Shown here in pieces: positions 9,801 to 18,177 of a DNA stretch of 32,562 nucleotides (the first letter of the stretch is position 1; every line of letters starts with the position of its first letter). Under the pieces are notes generated by a model. It had not been told where the DNA came from. It was given only the letters and a program-made list of their open reading frames with translations, and did no database searches. This DNA is from Candidatus Peregrinibacteria bacterium (GTDB taxonomy: Bacteria; Patescibacteriota; Gracilibacteria; UBA1369; UM-FILTER-53-11). The stretch covers positions 1-32,562 of the forward strand of contig JAHFJU010000006.1 of NCBI GenBank assembly GCA_023245725.1, in the 5' to 3' direction. Position numbers and translations under genes: made by a program.

Positions 9801-12800
9801 GGCGATATTGTGCGCTACACGTTAACGCTTAAGAATACCGGAAATTCGCCACTCTCACGCGTTGCTGTAATCGATGTTGTTGCAAGTCAGGTTCTCGTTA
9901 AAAATGATTCTATTTCGTGTACGAATTGTGAGCATGGTGAAATGAAAATCGACGAGTTGAAAGATGATCCTGAGAGGCCGTTTATGTTTAGTAATATAAC
10001 GATTCCCGCTAATTCAAATCGTGTAATTACATATGAGGGAACTTACACTCAATCAGCAGATGAAAGCGAAAAAGTTATTATGGTTTTGAGTCCGAATTTT
10101 ACAGACTCAACTCACAGAATTCAGGGTGAACTTTCTGCCGACACTCTGCCAGATATTTCAATTAATAAAGAGGGGAATACCAGCGGTCAGGTTCAGTATT
10201 TTATATCTAAGAAAGAAAATGGTCGCGTGACTTATGTCGAAGAAAAATCCACTCTTGAGCCCGATAGCAATGTTGCTTCAATTTCAGCTTCAATTGCTGC
10301 GATGGCGAGTTCATTCGCTGGCGCTTCTACAGGTAATGAAAATTCTCTACCACCAGAGTTAACAAATAAGTTTAATGATTTCAAGAGTGGCGATAAAGAT
10401 GGCGATGGATTGCAAGACACACTCGATGACATCAACGGAAAATTAGAAAAAGTTGGCGATGGAGTTGAGAAGGCGATGAATAAATTAACGTGCGCGGCCG
10501 GATGTATTCCAATGCCACTTAACGTTGCGGCTTTTGCCCCCGGATTCTTTAGTGTAATGGGTTTGCCTGGGGCTTTCGATATTGGGCTTCCTGCATTTGG
10601 TTGGGGTGTTCCAAATCTAATTCCAACGTGGCCACCAAGCCCTCCGGCTCAATCTGCATTAGGTGGTCGTTTCTATATTTCGCCAACTTTAACTGGAGGT
10701 ATCGGTTTCGGTCTTTGTCTTGGTCCGTACGGAACTCCAAAGAATTGTTACGCATTTGGATTGAATCCTCTCGACCTTTTACCGGGAAATATTTGTGACA
10801 AAATTGGTGGAGGTCTAAACAAACTTATTGCGAAGGCTAACAGCGTGGCCGCGAAAGCGAATGAAGGAATTACCGCTGCTATAAGCCCTAAAAAAGGCAG
10901 TGTCTCTCGCGGTGGAACCGGCTTGGTGAGTTATTCAATGGGCAGTTACGAGCCTCCTGTCCCTCATAAAAAGAATTCACGTGTTCCCGGATTTCCAAGT
11001 TTTATTACCGATTGGTTCTCTGCACAGATCGAAGAATTTATAGACAAGGCTACCGATATGCCAGACATTTATGTGATTTATCCGAAAATCACGTCGATTG
11101 CACAGTCGTTTTTGCCAACTGAGGCGTTTAATCGAACAAGCGATCCTATTAATAATATTTTGTCTTGGGTAAACAGTATTCCTCTTATAGATATTCAGTC
11201 GAGCGAGGTAAATTTCAAAGTTCCGATCATCACTGAAAAAGAAATAATGAAGGTGAAAATCGACGCGCTTCAGTGGGTAGAAGATGAAAAATATGAGTTG
11301 GATAGATGGAAGCAAATGATGCTTTGTGGAATCCCGTTATCAGGCAATAAAGATGTTCAAAATAATCAGCGTGATCAGTTTATAAATGTTGATATTTGTC
11401 ACATCGTTGATTTGCAGATGAATCAACTGATTACAAGTATTGTTGAGAATACCAAAAGGCTCGATGAATGGGTTCTGTTCCCTAAAAAAGTTCTCCAATA
11501 CCGCACTGTTAAAACATATTACGTTAATCAAATTGTCGATTATTTAAATACTGTTATTGAGTTTGTAGGAGGTTGGGCAAAACGAAATACGGCAATCGTT
11601 GAGCGTTGGAGAAAATCAATTCGCGAAATGAAAGATGTAATTGAGCACTACAAATTAATTATAAAGTTGTCGATGGACGCAAACGCGTCGTGTGATTTGT
11701 GTAAGACTGAGAGGTACGGACTCGATGAACTTATTCTAAAGATTTTTGCAGCAATTCCTAAGCCGCCGGTTATTCCATTGCCGCGACTTCCTGATTTTGT
11801 AATTGATGTTTCAAAGATTCAAGCTGGAGTTACAATTCAGTGGCCCGACATTACATTCGCTCCAGAGCCGCTTATAATCCCGAAAATTCCACGCATTCAT
11901 TTGGGTGTGAATCTTACGATTCCAAACTTTAAGTTAATGCTGCCGGCAATTCCGCTTTTGCCTGCTCCTCCCGATTTGCCCGATTTGCCGCCATTACCAC
12001 CATTGAAATTGGGTAAATTGCCAGACCTTCCTCCTGCGCCAACGTTACCAGATTTGCCTGCAAGTCTACAGGCGACATTGCGTTTGTTAAGCCAACTCTA
12101 CCGAATTTATTGTATTATTAAATTAGGATTTACTCCGGTAGATGAGGTGTTTCTCAAAACCCGAATTGAGCAAATTACCGCGCGTGGGCTTACTCCTGTT
12201 TTGCCAATCGATATGTTATTGGCATTTCCGGGGCCGTCGATTAAGGTTACATATATCGATCAAATCGTGGTGACCGCATTCTTGAATTTGCGCACCGATA
12301 TGACGTTTATTCAAAAGGCGGTTGAGGCCGTTGCGGCAAAATCCAATAAATTTACAAACGAATTTGTAAGCAAGATTAATAAATTCACCGAGAATCTTGC
12401 AAAGACGATCGAGCAGTACACATCGCCAACGTTCAATGTAAATGTTAACGCTAATGGTGATACTTCTGTTAATGGCAAAAAGGTAAATTATGTTTCTCCT
12501 GCTGAAAATAATGTTCCTCAGTCTGTTAAAGATGCTCTTAATAAGAAAGATAAATACGGAGATGTTCTCTCAAAAGTATTTGGTGAAAATATAAATAATG
12601 TTGATGATGCACATTCAAAGCTCGCAGGAATATTCAGCAATCTTAGCAAAGAGCAGCGGGAATATCAGGCCAAGCTCGACAAAATTCCAGAGAAATACGT
12701 TCTAACCGCCGAACCAGTCACTCTTGAAGAAGCGAAAATTTCTCTAAAAAATGATGGGGTAAATTCAAATATTGATGACGTTCGTTTGTTAGCAGAAGAG

Positions 12801-15800
12801 TCTCCGACATTAAAACAAATCGTCGCGTATCGCGATGAACTTTCTAAATATGCGCAAGGCACATCTTCTGATACGTTGTCTTTGAGTCAATTAATTGCTG
12901 AGTCATCTCCTTCAACTCCTCAATCACCATTTTCAAAATTAACCGCTTCGCTCAATACTCCTCAAATTTCTGACGAACCAGAAAAAGTAAGCAGTATGGT
13001 AAATAATTTAGACGGAAATAAAATTGCTCAAGTACCGCCTGTTCCGGGTGCAGACATGGCTCAGGGAAGCGATGCTCTTGATGGTTCCGTAAATAATGTT
13101 GGTATTTTTTATCAGGATTCTCATGGTGAAAATCGTCGTCTTCTTAACTACACACTTGAGGCAGATTCAAGCAGTTTCTTAGAAACGCTCGATGCTGACC
13201 ACGATGGTGATAATGAAAAAATATATTCATACGGTCGAAACGTATTTATAAAAGAAAACTATTCTCCTGCGCAAAATGGACATGCTCGTGAGGGTTATGC
13301 TCGTCGTATATTTAGCGGATACGATGTTGAAAAAACTACAGTTTACGACTTGCTCAAAGGCGCTTCTGCACCACGCGATGTTCGTGTAGATTCCGAATCG
13401 GCGCACGATTCTACTATTTCGTTTGTAGTTCCAGAAGTTCAAAAATCAAACATTGTAGGCTTCGATGTGACTACTCATTCTACCGTTGATGACGCTCAAA
13501 TTAATGGATTAAGAACACCAAAAGCTGTTAACCGATATACCGTAAATGCTGCTGAAAAAACAAGTGAAGCTGTAAATGCGCAAAACAATGTTGTGGCTGT
13601 CGTTGAATCGGTTGAAGGCTTAGTAAAAGCAAAAGGCGAGCCTGTCGGTAACGGAACACAGCTAGAAAAAGGAATCTTCGTCGATGTCGGCAAAGGTGCT
13701 TCTGCTGTAATTAAATTTAACGATGGTACGCGAATTGAAGCCGATGAAAATAGCGGATTTACTATTCCAGAGGGGCCTGCGTTTGAGCTAACAAAAGGCA
13801 AGGCTACTCTTACATTGAGTGAAGCGCCTGACTTATTGAAAACGAGTTCTGCGGTTACCGTAAGCGATGGTTCGCTCACTGTAATAATGGCTGGTGGTAG
13901 TTCGGCCGTTGTTACGTCTGGCGGTTCTCTTACTATTCCTGCTCTTGAAGTTCCAAAAACTATTCTTGCGCGTGTTACCGATAATGCAATTATTAACGGT
14001 GGTACACGTGAATATATTTCAAAGGCTGACGGACAGTTCCATCTAAATGCAGGAGATAAAATTCATGCTTTATCTACTGCGCATGTTAAGTGGGCTATCG
14101 ATGACAACGATCAGCATACATACACATTGAAAAATGCGATTTTGAGTGTTCCTGAGTCGAGTGTAGATGGATTAAACATTGCTATTGAAGACGGTACAAT
14201 TGAAATAATCCATTCAACAACTATTGGAGTTACCGCTATTAGAACGGGTTCTGCGTTGCTCGATGGAGAAAAAGTTGAAGTGCAAACTGGTGCAGTGGTT
14301 GTTGAATCGCGCGTTGGTGAACTTGAAAATGGCACGCTTAACGACACCGATTCTCGCCGTTCTGTTTTGTACGCGCATCAAACATTGTCGGTGAATTCGT
14401 TCGATTCTCTCGATGGAATTTCTCTCAAAATTTATGCTGATCCTGCGTTTTATTATGCGCGTGTTACTAGTATTATGGCCGATGGAAGCCAATCTGTAAG
14501 CTCTGCTACGACATTGCTTGCGCCGCAGCCATGTGGCGATAATACGATTCCATATGCAAACGCTGGCGCGAGCGAATTTACAGTTGCAGTAGGAAAAGAG
14601 CTAACAATTGACGCGTCTCGTTCGTTCGACAGCAACGGAAAAATTACCGGGTATCAGCTCGATACCGATTTATCGGTAGATAGTAATCATGATGGAGATC
14701 CTCAAAACGATGCCGATCAAACTCATGGCGCCGATCAAACTTCGTTTGCAGTTGGCCCATATTCCGATGCTAAAGACATTCGCATGATGTTGACTGTTTT
14801 TGACGAGGCTCATAATGCCGGCAAGCAATCTATTACTATTAATGTTGTGTCTCCGACAATTATTCTCGATAAGGAGCCTCTTTCAAATGGTGATATTTCT
14901 GGCCACATAGAGCCAAAAGAGGCGAATGTGCCAATTGTTATTGCTCGTCTGCGAAAAGACGGCGGTGCCGGTTGGGAGCTAATTAAAACTTCTTCTGCAA
15001 ATCAAAACGGTCAGTATCTCACCGATAATAATGGCGAGTTTAGAATTACGGATTCAGTACAAAAAGAAGGATTGATTCTATATGTAGCTGATAAAGAAGT
15101 CGCTTTAGTAAACCAGAAAACTGGAAGAATAACTATTATTGACCAGAGTTATGAGGTGAGTGCCTTGCCTGCCATAGCCGGTAAGGTTCCAACACGTCTT
15201 TCAGTGTTTAAAAAAGGTGATTCTGCAGATGCCAAACCATACACGTTTGTTTATTTTGTTCCAGACGTTAATACCGACGCGACTATAGATTCTCGTGACA
15301 CTGAGTATACAATTGGCGGCGTTTCATTTATGAGCGGGGTTCACGTTAAACCGCTAGCGGAAGCCGATAATCAAGGTATTTCATTTAAAGTCCTCTCAGG
15401 TGCCGACCCTGTAAATCCGGGGGGAGTTGTAATTCGTGATAATGCAAATAAGCAAATTGCTCTAGTCGATGTGAATGGCGATGTACTGCTAAACAAGGAC
15501 ACTCTTTCACTTCGAGTAAAAGAGATTTCTGATTCTGCCAAATCGCAAGACCCGGTAGTGTTTGAACTCCTTTTGCAAAATAAACCTATTGCAGAAATAT
15601 TTATTGCTACAAAAAATCTTGGTAAAGACGATGTGAATATTATTAAAACGCCGACTCTGCCGCTGCGCCCAAGGCCTATAAATAAGCCAAATACTTCTAC
15701 GGCAAATTCTCAAAATTCAAGGCAGCAACCTGTCGAACAACCATTCGCCGATATTCAAAAAGGCGATCCGTTCAATGAGATTATTAAAAAATTATTTGTT

Positions 15801-16715
15801 CGTGGAATTGTTGCAGGTTACGCAACAGGTACTCAAGGCGAATTTGAGTTCAGGCCTGATCAGCAAATAGCCCGTTCAGAGTTCACTCAAATTGTTTTGA
15901 AGATGCTTTGTATCGTTCCAAGACCAGAGGCATATCGCTTGCCTACGCCATTTTACGACGTTGTTGACCCTCGGCTTTGGTTCTATGCAGTTTTGAAAGA
16001 AGGCAATATTAGAGGATTTATTAAAGGATATGTTGGCGAGGCTCGACGAGATAAAACCACTGGTAATGTACTGACTCCATTTAAACCAGCAAGTTCTATA
16101 ACTCGTGCAGAGGCTGTCACTGTTGTTATTGCCGCGCTCGATGAAGAAAAAATTATTGATTTGAGTCGTGCTGATCTAAGAGCTCATGCAGGTGAGCAGT
16201 GGTATGACCCATACCTTCGTGTTGCCGTAAACCTTACGCCGTACCTTACGCGCGCCGAAGATGCCGCACTACAGCCATTTTTATTGACTCGCGATGAGGC
16301 GTTGCGTCCGACCGAATTAATTACTCGTCGCGATTTTGCTTTGATCGCTGACAGAGTTTTGCTACTGAGAGATTGTGGCGCGCCTGCTGTTTCGCAAGCT
16401 GATGAACAGGTTGCACCAGCCGATAACGGCCAAAATAATCCGTCTGATGTTTCGGCTAATGGCCAAAGTCAGGTTCCTGATAATGCGCAGCAAAACAACG
16501 AAAACGCTAATAATGTAGCGCAAAACGAAGTAATTCCTGTTGATAATAAAGAAGGAATATTTATTGTCGATACCGGTTGCGCGAATGAATGTCCGTGCCG
16601 TGTTCGTATTGCTCCAGCCGCCGACATGTCTTCTGGCGATACGATTTTCGCAGCGATTGCAGGGCCGAATGGAGTGCCTATTTATGCAAAATCTAACGAA
16701 GAAAAATACCCTTAA
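3873..16715 (+). CDS. Giant (4280 aa) secreted cell-surface protein with C25-like segments, Ig-like domains, FG-GAP/VCBS repeats, DUF11-like, Pro-rich, FecR-like, PKD-like and C-terminal SLH domains
   Basis: N-terminal signal/TM. Ig-like strands (IVADGRGLIPVTLSAVD, PGPAVKLVL) at about 7090-8020. DVNSDGFEDL, DINGDGQQDI and DMNGDNKVDL at 9072-9420. GDIVRYTLTLKNTG at about 9800. DKDGDG at 10392. LPDLPPLP tract at about 11750-12060. GASAVIKFNDGTRI at about 13700. PYANAG..IDASRSFDSNGKI at about 14550. SLH motifs FADI..GIVAGY..FRPDQQIARSEF and FYDV..GFIKGY..FKPASSITRAEA at 15740-16370. Confidence 0.9.
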   Translation: MKTIFKKIGVGLTLIVFMSVTFGSPIVQGYSNPDNYDLVALLVEQGMYQDVVNYSGLVGSVQSNKISVTTNTSRIDRYAMDVQRTLPGTRVVIIQVDRYEKPENVRTVLQRLYFDGDPQADGALATLKGIVAIGEVPLPVVNKGGNRFISLFPYTDLENSAYVFNDKTGDFELNANVSDPRVEVWHGVIRPPVSTQTEDGRKLLAAYLDKNHLYHSGDQAFSKFDSRLFFQDYYNEKKQINKTAYTSYLQFINHQDDISYMRYTKKLFNELSGSVDSELADAGQQSADLRTQLQAAGVPFDDSSPSSGVELPGSGGEVDKNAIPDIMTKIAKMSDSLMKKYNEIFSKYPSLVNDFVRYTGRYYVPDTSTDDVTDYKTNADSSVNLIAEKDEYNRVYLRLVNDMIERKIDEISAQLQLDVSLSNANVNVKSVSGVGGVRVEPYSTSGSVSDAVQFVIDRLKTAISTLPLGDIRDNTIKAAKTAFNLVFFSPETPADGDRLSYSKNYLNYSPKVGINDAAYFSKFFPTYPLDDDTGTKAANINGVQWDDINSVEQCSLYRGSLGAGEYSNLVEANRANNINTAQESAADNLEDHGGCYYDGTNLYAHPDTTSGYKQCYPDDSRTPVLDLAGSIATDAVPFTGYDDYRACLNFRPEYEMYKERIAVDQIHEKLDDRSQDRKGRDRDKILETVRPMIDGGLDIPFDGDPSPDQQVLFKSKSPRYSVTLGDVLRSTEVGWSYINARDSHYGDWRYLFEKMITAYSDGRNHIVHVTNTVLTNAAVVISISKNDEKHFSSIRVHKEPTKPTLIAEGDGFVTKDLPVDEPRYITFQDKRKNPVSIVYPDAFSVKSFDDLTAKLHELEAKLNALSIDQSVCNGCLTGLISAAAEQVSEADHETIINRANQFKLADAISWKDLDIDSRHVYIAENYLDSAHTAFVNPEKEKGYEISYFNGEGDSQGYDLGFNSELLASATPLVEVEKPYADDPNNPFDDPPPQQQGGYDLFTWNPPPVSPWYERVKEWYADLKNNTSFTVSFGEEKQKNSENQAKELEAEKQKIKDEANAFVSSPEDADKIVLSRVKKIRITADSTAAVVGKKVTFGVDLLDENDALVSTEFNRVDVTVDNGATVMDNDEDPTADGTQRTVIGGHADVSFIAPVNPAAVTVTVKMNSQPDIGKTQQFAILKSATIALGIAQTAIVADGRGLIPVTLSAVDDKGSLLANVNGTVHIALSDDSLARATKEVQLVRGRAQFTVRAGVKKGELIINAATSNLDPAAATIKFLPGPAVKLVLVKNADVLIANPGESIDVTAQIFDAYNNLIDTNTGTPISFVLNDSAVDIAELTSLTANTVDGLATVRVLPKGKSGSISVTAKTRGLRDAILTLNVVKKFGTGSLSRINPESLVTALLGIPAGNVSAPKAFGSSMVFAGKNEAVTTLTTSPKQYSKVFEVSDKGALTSDPDRVSVSFVPGNHLAFLMRDTRYGIDLAKIYVITKKDGQFALTDEQSPEKLSDGIYLHATSSDPSYVFDKSRGSLRISKSDEERIEVQTNGFVKVYDQNFTVRPKKSDYLTLEILEGQTVVAEVYIVQRFNQDVRTYSNTGDISNDAAGVYVQPFALPGTFFFEPSFSGNTTSASLGMALKDRSQVLDGAGSPGFGYNSFEDSLDSMGVGFTQDNKFALLFSAGEIFGEANRQYMSDATIVLGDPTVRLNNAPHEDNFSIDVGTLLYSATSDVRGLLSFDVNSDGFEDLLVVQQDGLIKYIQNGGGVNNFTDRGTLLNIKNGIQDFTKVDINGDGQQDIVVAAKNGCTVDSTCIDIFLNNRGSFTRQNVTFDQTEKITAIKASDMNGDNKVDLVFTDTAGDISLLLNHGDSFANHRVVIGNVGLKTEPGKNVIANTLVRYAGILERNPDGPQNETEAKNQQFYMPVELSVANPDSHANDSGIDAVNPILKISQDFMYADAPISSLKTSTKYAQDVNGDVLRNGDIVRYTLTLKNTGNSPLSRVAVIDVVASQVLVKNDSISCTNCEHGEMKIDELKDDPERPFMFSNITIPANSNRVITYEGTYTQSADESEKVIMVLSPNFTDSTHRIQGELSADTLPDISINKEGNTSGQVQYFISKKENGRVTYVEEKSTLEPDSNVASISASIAAMASSFAGASTGNENSLPPELTNKFNDFKSGDKDGDGLQDTLDDINGKLEKVGDGVEKAMNKLTCAAGCIPMPLNVAAFAPGFFSVMGLPGAFDIGLPAFGWGVPNLIPTWPPSPPAQSALGGRFYISPTLTGGIGFGLCLGPYGTPKNCYAFGLNPLDLLPGNICDKIGGGLNKLIAKANSVAAKANEGITAAISPKKGSVSRGGTGLVSYSMGSYEPPVPHKKNSRVPGFPSFITDWFSAQIEEFIDKATDMPDIYVIYPKITSIAQSFLPTEAFNRTSDPINNILSWVNSIPLIDIQSSEVNFKVPIITEKEIMKVKIDALQWVEDEKYELDRWKQMMLCGIPLSGNKDVQNNQRDQFINVDICHIVDLQMNQLITSIVENTKRLDEWVLFPKKVLQYRTVKTYYVNQIVDYLNTVIEFVGGWAKRNTAIVERWRKSIREMKDVIEHYKLIIKLSMDANASCDLCKTERYGLDELILKIFAAIPKPPVIPLPRLPDFVIDVSKIQAGVTIQWPDITFAPEPLIIPKIPRIHLGVNLTIPNFKLMLPAIPLLPAPPDLPDLPPLPPLKLGKLPDLPPAPTLPDLPASLQATLRLLSQLYRIYCIIKLGFTPVDEVFLKTRIEQITARGLTPVLPIDMLLAFPGPSIKVTYIDQIVVTAFLNLRTDMTFIQKAVEAVAAKSNKFTNEFVSKINKFTENLAKTIEQYTSPTFNVNVNANGDTSVNGKKVNYVSPAENNVPQSVKDALNKKDKYGDVLSKVFGENINNVDDAHSKLAGIFSNLSKEQREYQAKLDKIPEKYVLTAEPVTLEEAKISLKNDGVNSNIDDVRLLAEESPTLKQIVAYRDELSKYAQGTSSDTLSLSQLIAESSPSTPQSPFSKLTASLNTPQISDEPEKVSSMVNNLDGNKIAQVPPVPGADMAQGSDALDGSVNNVGIFYQDSHGENRRLLNYTLEADSSSFLETLDADHDGDNEKIYSYGRNVFIKENYSPAQNGHAREGYARRIFSGYDVEKTTVYDLLKGASAPRDVRVDSESAHDSTISFVVPEVQKSNIVGFDVTTHSTVDDAQINGLRTPKAVNRYTVNAAEKTSEAVNAQNNVVAVVESVEGLVKAKGEPVGNGTQLEKGIFVDVGKGASAVIKFNDGTRIEADENSGFTIPEGPAFELTKGKATLTLSEAPDLLKTSSAVTVSDGSLTVIMAGGSSAVVTSGGSLTIPALEVPKTILARVTDNAIINGGTREYISKADGQFHLNAGDKIHALSTAHVKWAIDDNDQHTYTLKNAILSVPESSVDGLNIAIEDGTIEIIHSTTIGVTAIRTGSALLDGEKVEVQTGAVVVESRVGELENGTLNDTDSRRSVLYAHQTLSVNSFDSLDGISLKIYADPAFYYARVTSIMADGSQSVSSATTLLAPQPCGDNTIPYANAGASEFTVAVGKELTIDASRSFDSNGKITGYQLDTDLSVDSNHDGDPQNDADQTHGADQTSFAVGPYSDAKDIRMMLTVFDEAHNAGKQSITINVVSPTIILDKEPLSNGDISGHIEPKEANVPIVIARLRKDGGAGWELIKTSSANQNGQYLTDNNGEFRITDSVQKEGLILYVADKEVALVNQKTGRITIIDQSYEVSALPAIAGKVPTRLSVFKKGDSADAKPYTFVYFVPDVNTDATIDSRDTEYTIGGVSFMSGVHVKPLAEADNQGISFKVLSGADPVNPGGVVIRDNANKQIALVDVNGDVLLNKDTLSLRVKEISDSAKSQDPVVFELLLQNKPIAEIFIATKNLGKDDVNIIKTPTLPLRPRPINKPNTSTANSQNSRQQPVEQPFADIQKGDPFNEIIKKLFVRGIVAGYATGTQGEFEFRPDQQIARSEFTQIVLKMLCIVPRPEAYRLPTPFYDVVDPRLWFYAVLKEGNIRGFIKGYVGEARRDKTTGNVLTPFKPASSITRAEAVTVVIAALDEEKIIDLSRADLRAHAGEQWYDPYLRVAVNLTPYLTRAEDAALQPFLLTRDEALRPTELITRRDFALIADRVLLLRDCGAPAVSQADEQVAPADNGQNNPSDVSANGQSQVPDNAQQNNENANNVAQNEVIPVDNKEGIFIVDTGCANECPCRVRIAPAADMSSGDTIFAAIAGPNGVPIYAKSNEEKYP

Positions 16716-16738
16716 ATAGTGTATAATTATCAGATGAT

Positions 16739-17419
16739 ATGAAACTAAAAAATATAAAAATTAAAACAGTGTTTAACGCCGTGCTTATAACATTAACAGT
16801 CGCTTTAATGTGTGTAGAAGTGCAGCTTGTTTTTAAAGGAGGATTTGAGAGGGTTTTTGCGAGCGATCCAGCACCAGTGGCTGACGCTCCAGCGGTGCCC
16901 GATGCCGCTGCTGGTCAACCCGCTGCTGCAGATTCTCCTCCAACCACAATGTCGAAAGATATTACTGGTGAAGAACAGCTTCAATGTGCGACCATCATGC
17001 GTCCGTATATGGAAGATAAGCGAAAAGAGTTTGCGGATTTTATTAATGAACACTTTAAATCTAAGGCTCCTACTTCTGAATTAATTCCTGTTGCGATTGA
17101 GCGGCTACGTCAGTATCGCGATGAAATTCGTGCGCGGCTTAATGAATTCGGCCCTCATGATGGCCGTAATTTAGAGGTTTTGGCCTCTGAAAGCGGTGCA
17201 TGTCGCGATGTGGTAAATGAAAATTATAAAATTTCTAAAGATCTATTGCAGAATCATATTCAAGAAAATTCGTACGCTAAAAAATCGACACGATTGCTCG
17301 ATAAGTACAAAGAAATAAATTCTCAGCTCGATAAAATGAACTTTGACGTCGCACAGATGTACGCAAATTTTAGTATTTTTTCACAAAAATTGCCGTGTTA
17401 CGCGCGGTCATGCCAATAA
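16739..17419 (+). CDS. Secreted helical hypothetical protein ending ...SCQ
   Basis: 226-aa ORF with a signal peptide ending VFA|SD, a P/A linker, a predicted helical body and 4 Cys in the mature part. Confidence 0.85.
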   Translation: MKLKNIKIKTVFNAVLITLTVALMCVEVQLVFKGGFERVFASDPAPVADAPAVPDAAAGQPAAADSPPTTMSKDITGEEQLQCATIMRPYMEDKRKEFADFINEHFKSKAPTSELIPVAIERLRQYRDEIRARLNEFGPHDGRNLEVLASESGACRDVVNENYKISKDLLQNHIQENSYAKKSTRLLDKYKEINSQLDKMNFDVAQMYANFSIFSQKLPCYARSCQ

Positions 17420-17424
17420 CTAAA

Positions 17425-18174
17425 ATGAAAATAAAAATTTCAAAAACCGGAATTTACCTAAGCGTCTTTGTCGCTACTTTTACCGTTGTAGCGCTTACCT
17501 TTGCGTATATGCCTGTTCAAGTAGCAAAAGGAGGTGATCCTATAAACTCAGCAGATGTTTGTAAAAAGGCCGATGAATTTAGAAAAAATAATCGCGACTT
17601 TAATCAATATACTGCTTTAGCGGCTTTAGATAATCCTATCGATAAAATTACTGATTGTTTTCATGAAACGGTAAATAAAATGTTCAACAAAAAAATAAAA
17701 GAAATGGTGAAACTAGGGAAAACCGGTAAAGAAGACGATCTAAATAAACTCATTACTTTAATTACCAGACCCGTTGAAAAAGGCATCAATATGCCATGTT
17801 CATCAGATACAAATAACCTTTCTACTTACTGTCTCTCAGAAGATCTCGTTGTCGAATTCGCTCGATTTAGAAAAGGTATGAATGATTCCCGTGAACAATT
17901 AAAGGCAAATGCTGCGGCGCAAATTGAAAAAGTAAATTCCGATTTCGGCGCAAACATAAATAGAATAGATTCCGAAGTAAAAATTGCGCAGACATCGATC
18001 GATCAAGGGTTGTCGGCATACAACGAGTTGCAGTTCGCGTTGCCGCTTCACATGAAGTACAAAAAAATAATTGAGGAACTCGAAGATTACCGCGATGCGC
18101 TACGAAAAATCCGATATAGTGTCGATTTGTACCCAGTAACATTTATTGATGTAACGACCGCTGCTTGTAATTAG
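17425..18174 (+). CDS. Secreted helical hypothetical protein ending ...ACN
   Basis: Start moved to ATG 17425, 5 nt after the upstream stop, which gives the signal peptide MKIKISKTGIYLSVFVATFTVVALTFA. Cys-containing and coiled-coil-like. Confidence 0.82.
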   Translation: MKIKISKTGIYLSVFVATFTVVALTFAYMPVQVAKGGDPINSADVCKKADEFRKNNRDFNQYTALAALDNPIDKITDCFHETVNKMFNKKIKEMVKLGKTGKEDDLNKLITLITRPVEKGINMPCSSDTNNLSTYCLSEDLVVEFARFRKGMNDSREQLKANAAAQIEKVNSDFGANINRIDSEVKIAQTSIDQGLSAYNELQFALPLHMKYKKIIEELEDYRDALRKIRYSVDLYPVTFIDVTTAACN

Positions 18175-18177
18175 TAT

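Noticed and set aside
3873..16715. Alternative genetic code 25 (TGA = Gly, as in Gracilibacteria and Absconditabacteria)
   Set aside because: The 4280-codon, Gly-rich ORF has no in-frame TGA, and TGA ends the pilin gene (before a terminator) and aroE at its expected C-terminus.
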